Positions 8,473 through 17,631 of a stretch of DNA of 64,000 nt are shown piece after piece (position 1 is the first letter of the stretch; every line of letters begins with the position of its first letter). The stretch covers positions 64,001-128,000 of the forward strand of contig JBFMAY010000002.1 of the NCBI GenBank assembly GCA_040755455.1, given 5' to 3'. The translations under genes were made by a program, and so were the position numbers. Origin of the DNA: Thermodesulfobacteriota bacterium. Lineage in GTDB: Bacteria > Desulfobacterota > Desulfobulbia > Desulfobulbales > SURF-16. Below the pieces are notes generated by a model. That model was not told the DNA's origin. It searched no databases and saw only the letters and a program-made list of their open reading frames with translations.

Positions 8473-10419
8473 ATGGCAGTTTTAACGTATCCGGGTGTGT
8501 ATGTGGAAGAGATTTCCAGCGGCGTCAGACCGATAGAAGCTGCCGGAACATCTACAGCGGCCTTTTTCGGGGTGGCGGAACGCGGTCCGATCGGCAGCGT
8601 CAGGAAAATATTCAACTTCACCGAGTTCCAGACCAGCTACGGCGGATTCTTAAACGACTACTTTCTGGCCCACGCCGTCTTCCAGTTCTTCAATAACGGC
8701 GGCACCCAGTGCTATGTGGGCCGTGTTGCCGCCGGAGCCGACACGGCCACGGTGACCATCCTTGACCGCGGCACCTCGGTCAAGAACAGCATGACCATTG
8801 CCGCCAAATCAGCCGGCGTCTGGGGCAACCACATCATGGTGATCATTGACAGCAGCAAAGCCGATGATCCTGCCAACGATTTCAACCTGACGGTGTATCA
8901 GGACAACCCAAAACCCGATGAGGACCCGGTGCAGCTGGAGGCCTATGAGAATCTGTCCATGAATCCCGCCTCGCCAGAGTTTGTTGCGACGGTCATCAAC
9001 ACCGCCTCAAAATATATCACGGTATCGGTCAACACGGCCAACAACAACCAGATTGCCGGTTACAGCCAGAGCGCGCCAATCACCCTGGGCGGCCCCCTGC
9101 TCGGCGCCAACCAGCGGAAATTCCGCATCAACATCAACAACGACGGCTACCGGACCGTGGATCTGACCGCGGCCCTGGCGGCAGCTGACGTGAGCGATCT
9201 TGACGATATCCGCGCCGCCATCGCCGCAACCATCCAGGCCATGACCCCGCTGCGGGAATCAACGCCGGCCAATACTTACAACGTCACCGTAACCGTGCAG
9301 GGCACCAACATGCTGCGCATCGCCTCCGGCAACACCAGCGCCGCCTCCAAGGTGGAGATTGTCGCGGCCAGCGACCCGCTGGAAAATGCCGCCGGGGCGC
9401 TCAGGCTCGGCAGGCGAAACGGCGGCACCGAGGTGTACGGCTCATCCGCCATGCGGCCGCAGAACACCCCGGCCGAAGACTACTTCTATCTCGGCGACGA
9501 TACGGTGGCAGGCCCGGTTAGCGCGGTGCAACCCGGCAGCGACGGCACCCTGCCCCTTAACGACACCGATTACACCAACGCCTTTGCCTGGCTCGACACC
9601 ATCCGGGACGTCTCCCTCATTGCCGTGCCCGGCATCGGCTCCACCGCCGTGGCCGACGCCGGCATGAATTACTGCCGCAACCGGCCGCTGTCCGACTGCT
9701 TCTATATCGCCGACATGGACCGGGACGACATCAGCCTGGATGACGCCATCCAGTACCGGGACGATATCAATACCCCGAACTCCTATGGCGCGGTCTACTT
9801 TCCCTGGCTGAAAACCCTCGACCCCACCGGGCTCTCCACCGAACCGATCAATGTTCCGCCCTCGGGATTCGTGGCCGGCATGTATGCCCAAATCGATGCC
9901 AAGCGGGGCGTCTGGAAAACCCCGGCCGGCACGGAAACGGTGCTGGGCGGCGCGGTTGGCCTGGTGACCGATCTCACAGACGTGCAGCAGGGCACCCTGA
10001 ACAAACAGAAAAAAAGCGTCTGCGTCATCCGCAAATTCCCAGGTTCCGGCATCATACTGTGGGGCGGACGGACGCTGAGTTCTGATCCCGAATACAAATA
10101 CATCGCCGTGCGCCGCATGGCCATCATGCTGCGGGTCAGCATCTACAACGGCATCCAGTGGACCGTTTTTGAACCAAATGACGAGGAGCTCTGGTCCCAG
10201 ATCCGGCTCAACCTCGGCTCCTTCATGATGACCCTGTTCCGCCAGGGCGCCTTCCAGGGATCCACGCCCTCCCAGGCCTTCTTTGTCAAGTGTGACGGAG
10301 AGACCACCACCCAGGCCGATATCGATCTGGGCATCGTCAATGTGCTGGTCGGTTTCGCGCCGCTCAAACCGGCGGAATTCGTGGTGGTCAAGATCAGCCA
10401 GAAGGCCGGACAGAACTGA
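8473..10419 (+). CDS. Contractile tail sheath protein (Afp2/3/4-like)
   Basis: N-terminal YPGVYVEE..SG.RPI...TS.AAF.G, VPPSG..AG..A..D..RGVWK.PAG, VFEPND..LW and APLKPAEFVV; AAGGAGG RBS. Confidence 0.95.
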   Translation: MAVLTYPGVYVEEISSGVRPIEAAGTSTAAFFGVAERGPIGSVRKIFNFTEFQTSYGGFLNDYFLAHAVFQFFNNGGTQCYVGRVAAGADTATVTILDRGTSVKNSMTIAAKSAGVWGNHIMVIIDSSKADDPANDFNLTVYQDNPKPDEDPVQLEAYENLSMNPASPEFVATVINTASKYITVSVNTANNNQIAGYSQSAPITLGGPLLGANQRKFRININNDGYRTVDLTAALAAADVSDLDDIRAAIAATIQAMTPLRESTPANTYNVTVTVQGTNMLRIASGNTSAASKVEIVAASDPLENAAGALRLGRRNGGTEVYGSSAMRPQNTPAEDYFYLGDDTVAGPVSAVQPGSDGTLPLNDTDYTNAFAWLDTIRDVSLIAVPGIGSTAVADAGMNYCRNRPLSDCFYIADMDRDDISLDDAIQYRDDINTPNSYGAVYFPWLKTLDPTGLSTEPINVPPSGFVAGMYAQIDAKRGVWKTPAGTETVLGGAVGLVTDLTDVQQGTLNKQKKSVCVIRKFPGSGIILWGGRTLSSDPEYKYIAVRRMAIMLRVSIYNGIQWTVFEPNDEELWSQIRLNLGSFMMTLFRQGAFQGSTPSQAFFVKCDGETTTQADIDLGIVNVLVGFAPLKPAEFVVVKISQKAGQN

Positions 10420-10501
10420 TTTGGGAATGCGGATCGCGGATTGCAGATTTAACAAAGTTGAAAAATCATAAATAGCCCAAGAGCAATGGGGGAGAAAAGA
10501 T

Positions 10502-11002
10502 ATGGCACAGTTTACAGTTAACACCCACAGGTTCGATCCCTACCGGAACTTCAAGTTCAGAATCAAGTGGGACGGCAAATACGTGGCGGGGCTTGCCAAA
10601 TGCAGCGCTTTGAAGAAAAGCACTGAGGTGAAGGAATGGCGGGAGGGGGGTGATCCCAGCACCAGCCGCAAGCTGCCGGGCAAGACCTCCTATGACGGCA
10701 TCACTCTGGAGGCCGGCGTAACCCACGACACCACCTTTGAGGAGTGGGCCAACCTGATCAATAACTTTCAGAGCGACGCCTCCATGTCGCTGAAGAATTT
10801 CCGCAAGGATATCGTCATCGACGTCTTCAACCTGCAGGGCAGCAAGGTGCTGTCCTACAAGGTCTACCGCTGCTGGGTCTCCGAATACCAGGCCCTGCCC
10901 GGGCTTGATGCCGGCGGCAACGAGGTCATGATCCAGACCATCAAGCTGGAAAATGAGGGCTGGGAGCGCGACACGTCGGTAACGGAACCGGTTGAATCAT
11001 AA
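10502..11002 (+). CDS. Tail tube protein (T4 gp19-like, Afp1/5-like)
   Basis: RFDPYRNFKF, REGGDP...RKLPG, ITLEAGVT, RKDI.I..FN..G, Y..YRCWVSEYQALP.LDA. Confidence 0.95.
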   Translation: MAQFTVNTHRFDPYRNFKFRIKWDGKYVAGLAKCSALKKSTEVKEWREGGDPSTSRKLPGKTSYDGITLEAGVTHDTTFEEWANLINNFQSDASMSLKNFRKDIVIDVFNLQGSKVLSYKVYRCWVSEYQALPGLDAGGNEVMIQTIKLENEGWERDTSVTEPVES

Positions 11003-11010
11003 GGGGCGCC

Positions 11011-11889
11011 ATGCAGCGCATCACATTTCAGCTGCCGGGAGGTTACGTGGATGGTGACGGGCAGGTCTTAAGGGAGGTCGTGCTTTCTCCGCTCTCCGGC
11101 TTTGCCGAAAAAATGGTGGCCGACCGCAACGGCACGGCCACGGCGACCCTGGTCACCGCCGTGCTCAGGCACAGCATCGAGAGCATCGGCACCATTGTTG
11201 ACGTAACCGAGGAAACGGTGCGCCGCCTGCTGGTGGGTGACCGCCTCTTTCTGCTGCTTAAACTGCGGGAAATGACCTTCGGCCACCACATCCAGGCGGT
11301 TATCACCTGTTCCCGGCCGGAATGCGGCGAGCGGCTGGATATTGATTTTTTAACGGACAATATCCCGGTAACCCCGTGCCCGCAACAGTCTCTCTTTTAT
11401 GAGATGCGCCTCAGCCAGGAAGCGGGCGGCCACACCGTCAGCTTCCGGCTGCCCAACGGCGAGGACCAGGAAAGGATCATGCATCTGGTCGACACTGACG
11501 AGGCGCTGGCGGCCGACCGCCTGCTGGCCCGTTGCGTGCAGAGCATCGGCCCTGTCCAACCGCCGGCTATGGCAGATATCCTCAGTCTGTCCAGCACGGC
11601 CAAGGCGGAAATTGAAAGGGAAATGGATAGTCTGGCCCCCAAAGTCGGCCTCGACATGGAGGCGGTCTGCCCGGAGTGCGGAAGCACCTTTTCCCCCTGC
11701 TTCGATCTGCAGGAATTCGTCCTGGCGGAACTGACCACCCGGCTTGATCTGCTGCTTAAAGAGGTGCACTATCTGGCCTATCATTATCACTGGAGCGAAA
11801 AGGAAATCCTTGGCATGACCAGGGAGAACCGGCGGCGCTACATCGAGATTCTCGCCGGGGAAATGGAACGGTTGAACCATGCATTCTGA
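11011..11889 (+). CDS. Tail/baseplate assembly chaperone-like protein with a C-terminal DUF6760-like segment
   Basis: F.LPGG, GDRLFLLLKLR..TFG, Cys clusters CSRPEC and CPEC, FRLPNGED; C-terminal EVHYLAYHYHWSEKEIL. Confidence 0.75.
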   Translation: MQRITFQLPGGYVDGDGQVLREVVLSPLSGFAEKMVADRNGTATATLVTAVLRHSIESIGTIVDVTEETVRRLLVGDRLFLLLKLREMTFGHHIQAVITCSRPECGERLDIDFLTDNIPVTPCPQQSLFYEMRLSQEAGGHTVSFRLPNGEDQERIMHLVDTDEALAADRLLARCVQSIGPVQPPAMADILSLSSTAKAEIEREMDSLAPKVGLDMEAVCPECGSTFSPCFDLQEFVLAELTTRLDLLLKEVHYLAYHYHWSEKEILGMTRENRRRYIEILAGEMERLNHAF

Positions 11890-13252
11890 AAAAAACGGCA
11901 CGACACAGCGACCCAGGCAGCAGAGCGGTGACAGCGGCACACCGGCAGGGAGAATGGTTCGTGCGCTGCTCGGCCTGCCGGACAACACGGCCGGCGGCTT
12001 GCGGGGGCAAGGGCCGGTGCCGCCGGTGGCCTTCCGTTACCAGATGCAGCCGGCGGCCGGAGAACCTTCTCGCCCCTGGCCGCTGTCCGGCCGGACCCCT
12101 GACCGCCCTGCCGACGACATGGAGAGCGTTACCGCCCTCCCGGACAGCAAGGAGGTGGACGCCACGGCCGTGGCCCCGGGCCACTCCCCCATGGTTGACC
12201 GGCCGGCGGCCGGCAACGCCCAGCGCGCCGCATCAGCGCCACCAGCGGCAAGGACCGGGGAAAGACCCCTGGCAAGGCCTGCGGCGGCAAACCCTCCCCG
12301 CCCCGGCGGTGATGAGGCTCCGCGCCATGCCAGACCGCAGCCCCCGGCGCCGATGATGACGGCCATGGCGCCGGTCATACCTGCCCTGTCCGGGGGGGAA
12401 AAAACCCGGCAGGCGGCGAAAGACAGCGGGCAGGCGGGAGAACGCACCCAGGCGGCAGCCGGGCAAAAAGAGGCAACGCCAGGCGGTAGACAGGAAATGG
12501 CCATCCCCGGCCGGTCGACCGGCCGGCAGGTCTTTACCGCGCTGGTGCAGGAAACAAGTGATCATCCCGCCGCCGCGGACCAGCCGCCCGCCATGCCGCA
12601 AGCGTCCCTGCCCCTTCACGCCGAACAAACCAGGTATCCCGGTGCGGCACGAAACAAAGCCCACCGTTCCGCGCACCTGTCCCACGGGGAGGAACTTGCC
12701 CAGCCGCCCCTTGACCGGCGACTGACAGCCCAGGCCGCAACGCCGATGCCCGTGACGGCGCAATGGCGGGGGGCGGCCACCATGGCCGCGTCCCACGAAC
12801 CAACCCCTGCGACAGGCCCGAAAAGCACGCTGCCGAGGGGCACGGCTGGCAAAAACGCTGCCCGCGGCGGCGCGGAGGAAATCACCGCTGCCACGCCTGG
12901 ACGACAGCCCGCCGTGGCAGTGCAGCAGCAGGAACAGGCCCGGGTGGAACTCCAGGCCGGAGAACGGCATACCGCCGTGGCCCCGGCCAGACAGCCGGAT
13001 GAGGCTGGCATCCGGCAGATCGAGGAGCTGCGGCGCACATTTTACGAGCTGGTCAGCAAAAAAACCATGGCAACAGCGGCCCAGGACAATGGGCAAACCA
13101 CCCAGTCCGGCCGGGAAACACCGCAACCACCACCCCTGCAGCAGTTCGTGGTGATCAACCGCATATCAGGCAGCAGAAGCCGTGGCCGCCTTCCGGCCGC
13201 GTTCTGGGAACGGAGCTACATGGCTCGCACAACGTTAAAAATGATCCGATAA
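11879..13252 (+). CDS. Low-complexity Pro/Ala/Gln-rich protein (possible tape-measure or lumen protein)
   Basis: 457 aa ORF filling the gap, overlapping the upstream stop and ending 10 bp before the next gene; mostly disordered composition with an ordered-looking C-terminus (PAAFWERSY). Confidence 0.6.
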   Translation: MHSEKNGTTQRPRQQSGDSGTPAGRMVRALLGLPDNTAGGLRGQGPVPPVAFRYQMQPAAGEPSRPWPLSGRTPDRPADDMESVTALPDSKEVDATAVAPGHSPMVDRPAAGNAQRAASAPPAARTGERPLARPAAANPPRPGGDEAPRHARPQPPAPMMTAMAPVIPALSGGEKTRQAAKDSGQAGERTQAAAGQKEATPGGRQEMAIPGRSTGRQVFTALVQETSDHPAAADQPPAMPQASLPLHAEQTRYPGAARNKAHRSAHLSHGEELAQPPLDRRLTAQAATPMPVTAQWRGAATMAASHEPTPATGPKSTLPRGTAGKNAARGGAEEITAATPGRQPAVAVQQQEQARVELQAGERHTAVAPARQPDEAGIRQIEELRRTFYELVSKKTMATAAQDNGQTTQSGRETPQPPPLQQFVVINRISGSRSRGRLPAAFWERSYMARTTLKMIR

Positions 13253-13262
13253 AGGGCCGACC

Positions 13263-14102
13263 GTGAGCGTATCCACAGCAATAGGACTGGTGAGCGAATC
13301 GCTGCGCAACCTCCTGCTTGGGGAGATGACCCTGACGCCGGAGGTGGATGTCACCATCCTGTCACCCCACGAGAAGGGGGTTGACCGGCGGGTCAACCTC
13401 TATCTGTACAAGGTGCAGGAAAGCCCCCTGCTGAAGAACATGGACTGGCAGGCCAGGGCCGACAATCCGGCCCGGCTCATGCCGCCGCCCCTGTCCCTGC
13501 ATCTTCATTATCTGCTGACCCCCTATGCCATCAACGACCAGCAGACAGGCAATGCCGCAAGCCACGAGATCCTGGGCGAGGCGATGCGTGTTTTTTATGA
13601 GAACCCAGTCATCCCGGCGGATTATCTGGCAGGCGAACTGGCCGGGGCCAGGGAGCAGATCAAGGTGATGCCCTCCACCATCATGCTGGAAGAGATGAGC
13701 ACGGTGTGGAGCACTTTTGCCCAGCCTTACCGGCTTTCCGTGGCCTATGAGGTGGCGGTGGTGCAGCTCGACATGCTGTCCGCCAGCGAACGGACCATGG
13801 CCAAACGGGTGCGGCACATCGGCGTGCCCCAGGTAGCCGCCCCCTTTCTGCCGCCCACGGTGGAAATGATCACGCCCATGGCCGCCCCGGCCGGGGCCAG
13901 CGTGACGGTCAGCGGCAAAAATCTCGCCGGCTGGAAGGCATACGTGTCACTGATGCGCAGGCCGGTCCTCGCCGGCCATGAGCTGACGGCTGACTCCTTT
14001 AGCGTCACCATCCCGGCCGACCTTGCCCCCGGTTTTTATGAAATACGGGTTGATATCTCCCACATGACGAGAAAGACCCTGTTCTTTGAGGTGACGCCGT
14101 GA
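13263..14102 (+). CDS. DUF4255 / Pvc16 (Afp16)-like cap protein with a C-terminal IPT/TIG-like domain
   Basis: VNLYLYKVQE....KN, PPL.L.LHYLLT, ILGEAMRVFYENP, YRLSVAYEV.VV; C-terminal Ig-like G.SVTVSG.NL. Confidence 0.9.
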   Translation: MSVSTAIGLVSESLRNLLLGEMTLTPEVDVTILSPHEKGVDRRVNLYLYKVQESPLLKNMDWQARADNPARLMPPPLSLHLHYLLTPYAINDQQTGNAASHEILGEAMRVFYENPVIPADYLAGELAGAREQIKVMPSTIMLEEMSTVWSTFAQPYRLSVAYEVAVVQLDMLSASERTMAKRVRHIGVPQVAAPFLPPTVEMITPMAAPAGASVTVSGKNLAGWKAYVSLMRRPVLAGHELTADSFSVTIPADLAPGFYEIRVDISHMTRKTLFFEVTP

Positions 14103-16330
14103 GCGTGCAGGCCATGAAAAAGGATGCCAGCCGGGCCCTGCCTTACGGGGAAAGTTTCGCTCATCTCTCTGATGAGCTGACACGGCTGGATCTGCTGATC
14201 AGCCGGCAGGTGCTCAGGCTGCGGGCCGGGATGCCGGAGCAGCAGCCCGGCAGCGGCCTGTATATCTCCCCTGACCAGGTTGACCGGCTGCTGCAAGAAG
14301 GCGAGGGCATCCGCCCCGATCCGCCGGAGATCATGGCCAATCGCCGGCAGTTTGAGCTGCTGAGCCAGGAGATCAGTGCCAGGGTGGCCGCAAGCCTGGA
14401 GGAGAAAATCTTTCTTGCCCTGCCCTGCCTGGCCCGGATGTTCGGCCTGTCAGCAATTGAACTACAGGCCCTGGTCATCTGCCTGGCGCCGGAGCTGGAC
14501 CGCAGGTACGACACCCTCTATGCATACCTGCAGAACGACATCACCCGCAAAAAACCGTCCGTGGATCTGGTCCTGCAGCTGCTGGCCGACAGCCGCGAGG
14601 AGCGCTGGCAGCTGCGCCAGCTGTTTGCCGGCCACGCCAAGCTGCTGCGCAGCGGCATCCTGCAGAGCGTGCCTGATCCCCACAGCCCGTCCGGGGCATC
14701 TGATCTGGCCATGCTGCTCAAGGTGGACCGCCGGATGGTTGATTTCATCATCGGCAACAACGCCCTGGATGGCCGGCTCAACCGTTGCGCCCGGCTGCTC
14801 TCCCCCACTGTAACGCTGGATGAGGTGGCAGCGGCGCCGGAAATCAAGACCCTGCTGCTACACCTTGCCAGCCGCCACATCAGGCGGGAGATGATCAGGG
14901 AGAAGATGGTGATCCATCTGCACGGCCCCGCCGGCAGCGGCAAAACCACTTTGGCCCTGGCGCTGTGCCGGGAGCTGCAGTGCCCCATGCTGGTGGTCGA
15001 CCTGGAGCTGCTGCCCGGAGGTGACGAGGAATGGGAAAACACCGTGCGGCTGGCCCTGCGGGAGGGGCTGCTGACCCGCTCTATTCTTTTTTTCGACAAC
15101 ATCGACGTCCTGACCGAGCGGGCGGATAAGGGCAGAGCGTTGCTGAAAAAGACGGCCAGGGCCATTGCCGAGTACGGTTGGCTGGTCTTCCTGGCCGGGG
15201 AAAAGGCCTGGTCCGGCGAGGGATGCTTTGACGAGCTGCAGTTCCTGTCAGTTGTCGTGCCCGCGCCCCAGGTCCCCATCAGGGAGCAGGTCTGGCAGAA
15301 CATGCTGGCCGCCGAACCGGTTGACATCGGCAGGAAATGGTCGGCCAAGCTGGCCCGGCGCTTCGCCCTGACCCCCGGCCAGATAGGGCAGGCGGTCCGT
15401 TTTGCCCATACCCTGCAAGCTGCCGGCGGCCGGGACAGGAAACTGTCGCTCTCCGGGCTGTCCGCCGCCTGCCGCAGCCAGTCCCATCATAGGCTTTCGG
15501 AACTGTCCGTCAGGATTGAGGCGAAATATACCTGGGCCGACCTGGTGCTGCCGGAGGAAAAAACCGCGCTGCTCAAAGAGATCTGCGCCCAGGTCAAGCA
15601 TCAGTACCGGGTCTTTGCCGAATGGGGCTTTGAACGCAAGGTGGCCTACGGCCGGGGGCTCAGCGTGTTGTTCTCCGGCCCGCCGGGCACGGGAAAAACC
15701 CTGGCGGCCCAAGTCATGGCGGCTGAACTGCAGCTTGATCTCTACAAGATCGATCTCTCCGGCGTGGTCAGCAAGTACATAGGCGAGACGGAAAAAAACC
15801 TCAACCGGATATTTGCCGAGGGGGAGCGCAGCAACGCCATCCTCTTCTTTGATGAGGCGGACGCCCTGTTCGGCAAGCGCACCGAGGTCAAGGACGCCCA
15901 CGACCGTTACGCCAACATCGAGACCAGCTATCTGCTGCAGAAGATGGAGGAGTATGAGGGGATGGTCATCCTGGCCACCAATCTGCGCTCCAACATGGAT
16001 GAGGCCTTTACCCGGCGCATCCGCTTCATTGTCGAGTTCCCCTTTCCGGATGCCGCCTTGCGGGCCCGCATCTGGAAAAGCCATTTTCCCGGGGAGGCGC
16101 CGGTGCGTGACGGTATCGACTATGATTTCCTGGCCAGACGCTTCCAGGTGGCAGGGGGCAGCATCCGCAACATTGTCTTAAATACCGCCTTCCTTGCCGC
16201 GGAAAGCAATGAGGAGATTAGCATGAAGCATATCCTGCACGGGGTCAGGCGGGAGTTCGAGAAAATTGGCAAGCTGTGGAATGAGGAAACCATCAACCGC
16301 ACTGATTCTACCAGAAACCGAGGAGACTAA
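14099..16330 (+). CDS. eCIS AAA+ ATPase (Afp15/Pvc15-like)
   Basis: LAPELD.RY..LY.YLQND N-domain; AAA1 GPAGSGKT with degenerate Walker B (FFDNID); AAA2 GPPGTGKT, VVSKYIGETEKNL, LFFDEADALFGKR, DAHDRYAN. Confidence 0.93.
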   Translation: MSVQAMKKDASRALPYGESFAHLSDELTRLDLLISRQVLRLRAGMPEQQPGSGLYISPDQVDRLLQEGEGIRPDPPEIMANRRQFELLSQEISARVAASLEEKIFLALPCLARMFGLSAIELQALVICLAPELDRRYDTLYAYLQNDITRKKPSVDLVLQLLADSREERWQLRQLFAGHAKLLRSGILQSVPDPHSPSGASDLAMLLKVDRRMVDFIIGNNALDGRLNRCARLLSPTVTLDEVAAAPEIKTLLLHLASRHIRREMIREKMVIHLHGPAGSGKTTLALALCRELQCPMLVVDLELLPGGDEEWENTVRLALREGLLTRSILFFDNIDVLTERADKGRALLKKTARAIAEYGWLVFLAGEKAWSGEGCFDELQFLSVVVPAPQVPIREQVWQNMLAAEPVDIGRKWSAKLARRFALTPGQIGQAVRFAHTLQAAGGRDRKLSLSGLSAACRSQSHHRLSELSVRIEAKYTWADLVLPEEKTALLKEICAQVKHQYRVFAEWGFERKVAYGRGLSVLFSGPPGTGKTLAAQVMAAELQLDLYKIDLSGVVSKYIGETEKNLNRIFAEGERSNAILFFDEADALFGKRTEVKDAHDRYANIETSYLLQKMEEYEGMVILATNLRSNMDEAFTRRIRFIVEFPFPDAALRARIWKSHFPGEAPVRDGIDYDFLARRFQVAGGSIRNIVLNTAFLAAESNEEISMKHILHGVRREFEKIGKLWNEETINRTDSTRNRGD

Positions 16331-16335
16331 CTGAC

Positions 16336-17118
16336 ATGTTTGCCGCTCGTAAAACCAGACAGCATCGTGATCACGACAACGCCGGCTGGAGCCGCAATGC
16401 CGCCGCCGCGGCCCAAACCCATGCCGACATCCAGCCGCCTGCGGCCCAGTCCCTGCAGCGGGCCATGGGCAATCAGGCCATGCAGGCCATGGGAGATAAA
16501 AGTCACGCCTCCGGGCAGTCCCTGCCCCGCATCCGGCTGACAAACTTCTCGGCCGATGCGGCAACCGGGCAGATGAACAACAACGGCTCATTTGCGCCGC
16601 GGCTGCCGGACAAGAGCACCAACCAGACCGCCGGCGAGCAGGACCAGAACGCCTCGCTGACCTCCTTTGCCACGGAGTCCAGGGGGGTGGGCATTGTGGT
16701 GGAGATCACCAACGGCACCAGTTCGCCGGATTACCCGAACGGCTACCGCTGGACCCAGACCATTGACACCAATGTGCCCCTGGGCGGGACCACCTCCCCC
16801 TATGTTGACCCGCGGCCCAATGACGACACCAAACCATTTTACTGGACCGACGCCGAGGCGGCGGCACGGCCGACCACCTTTATCGATCATCCGTCGCGCA
16901 ATGCCCCGGCCAGCGGCACCACCACCTGGGATGCCGTGCTGTCGCTCAACGGGGTGAACGGCACCACGGTGACCAGGCTCGATTCCCTGGCCTACGGCTT
17001 TTCCATTGACACGGCGGGAACCGTATCACCCCATACCCCCACCAGTCCCGGGGGCGGGCTGGTGACCACCCACCAGATGACACTGGCTTCGGAATTTCCG
17101 GGATGGACTTTTAACTGA
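16336..17118 (+). CDS. Putative eCIS cargo/effector
   Basis: Directly after the ATPase; disordered N-terminus with LQRAMGNQAM motif (LQR..GN.A type seen in eCIS-associated proteins); unassigned beta-rich C-terminal domain. Confidence 0.65.
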   Translation: MFAARKTRQHRDHDNAGWSRNAAAAAQTHADIQPPAAQSLQRAMGNQAMQAMGDKSHASGQSLPRIRLTNFSADAATGQMNNNGSFAPRLPDKSTNQTAGEQDQNASLTSFATESRGVGIVVEITNGTSSPDYPNGYRWTQTIDTNVPLGGTTSPYVDPRPNDDTKPFYWTDAEAAARPTTFIDHPSRNAPASGTTTWDAVLSLNGVNGTTVTRLDSLAYGFSIDTAGTVSPHTPTSPGGGLVTTHQMTLASEFPGWTFN

Positions 17119-17161
17119 GGGGGAAAATAGGATAAGACGGATAAATTTATGGATTTCCACC

Positions 17162-17560
17162 ATGCATGAGCAGCTGAAAAACAGCCCGGACTTCTCGGTG
17201 CGCATCGTCTGGAACGGCCACGAGGACAAGCCGTTCTACCGGGCCCATCTGGTCTCGGCCTCGCGCCGGGACTGGCTTGAGGACCAACCGTTCTGGGGCA
17301 ATGCGGTGATCAGCAGCGGGGAATACGGCCGGCTGTTTGCCATCCTGGAACAGCGCGGACTGCAAATCGACGAGGGATCCCATAAGGATAAGTTCGGCTA
17401 CAGCATGGAATTACAGACTGATGAGAAAACAGGCTATTGTTACCTGGGACTCACGGAAGAGACGGTGGCGACCCTGACCCTGATGCTTGCTGCCCTGGCG
17501 CCGGAGAACAGACCGCCGCTGCAGGGCATCATTGATCGGCTGCAGGGCATCAGATTATAG
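17162..17560 (+). CDS. Hypothetical protein (possible partner or immunity protein of the upstream cargo)
   Basis: 132 aa globular-looking ORF between the cargo gene and the structural genes; function inferred from position only. Confidence 0.6.
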   Translation: MHEQLKNSPDFSVRIVWNGHEDKPFYRAHLVSASRRDWLEDQPFWGNAVISSGEYGRLFAILEQRGLQIDEGSHKDKFGYSMELQTDEKTGYCYLGLTEETVATLTLMLAALAPENRPPLQGIIDRLQGIRL

Positions 17561-17563
17561 ACT

Positions 17564-17589
17564 TTAGGGGCGGGCCTTGTGCCCGCCCT
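17564..17589 (+). repeat. REP-like palindrome (GTAG-family-like)
   Basis: ttaggggcgggc-cttgt-gcccgccct, 8-bp stem, intergenic. Confidence 0.6.
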
Positions 17590-17631
17590 GTTGGGGCAAC
17601 ATGGCGGCAATACACTTTATAAGGAATAATC

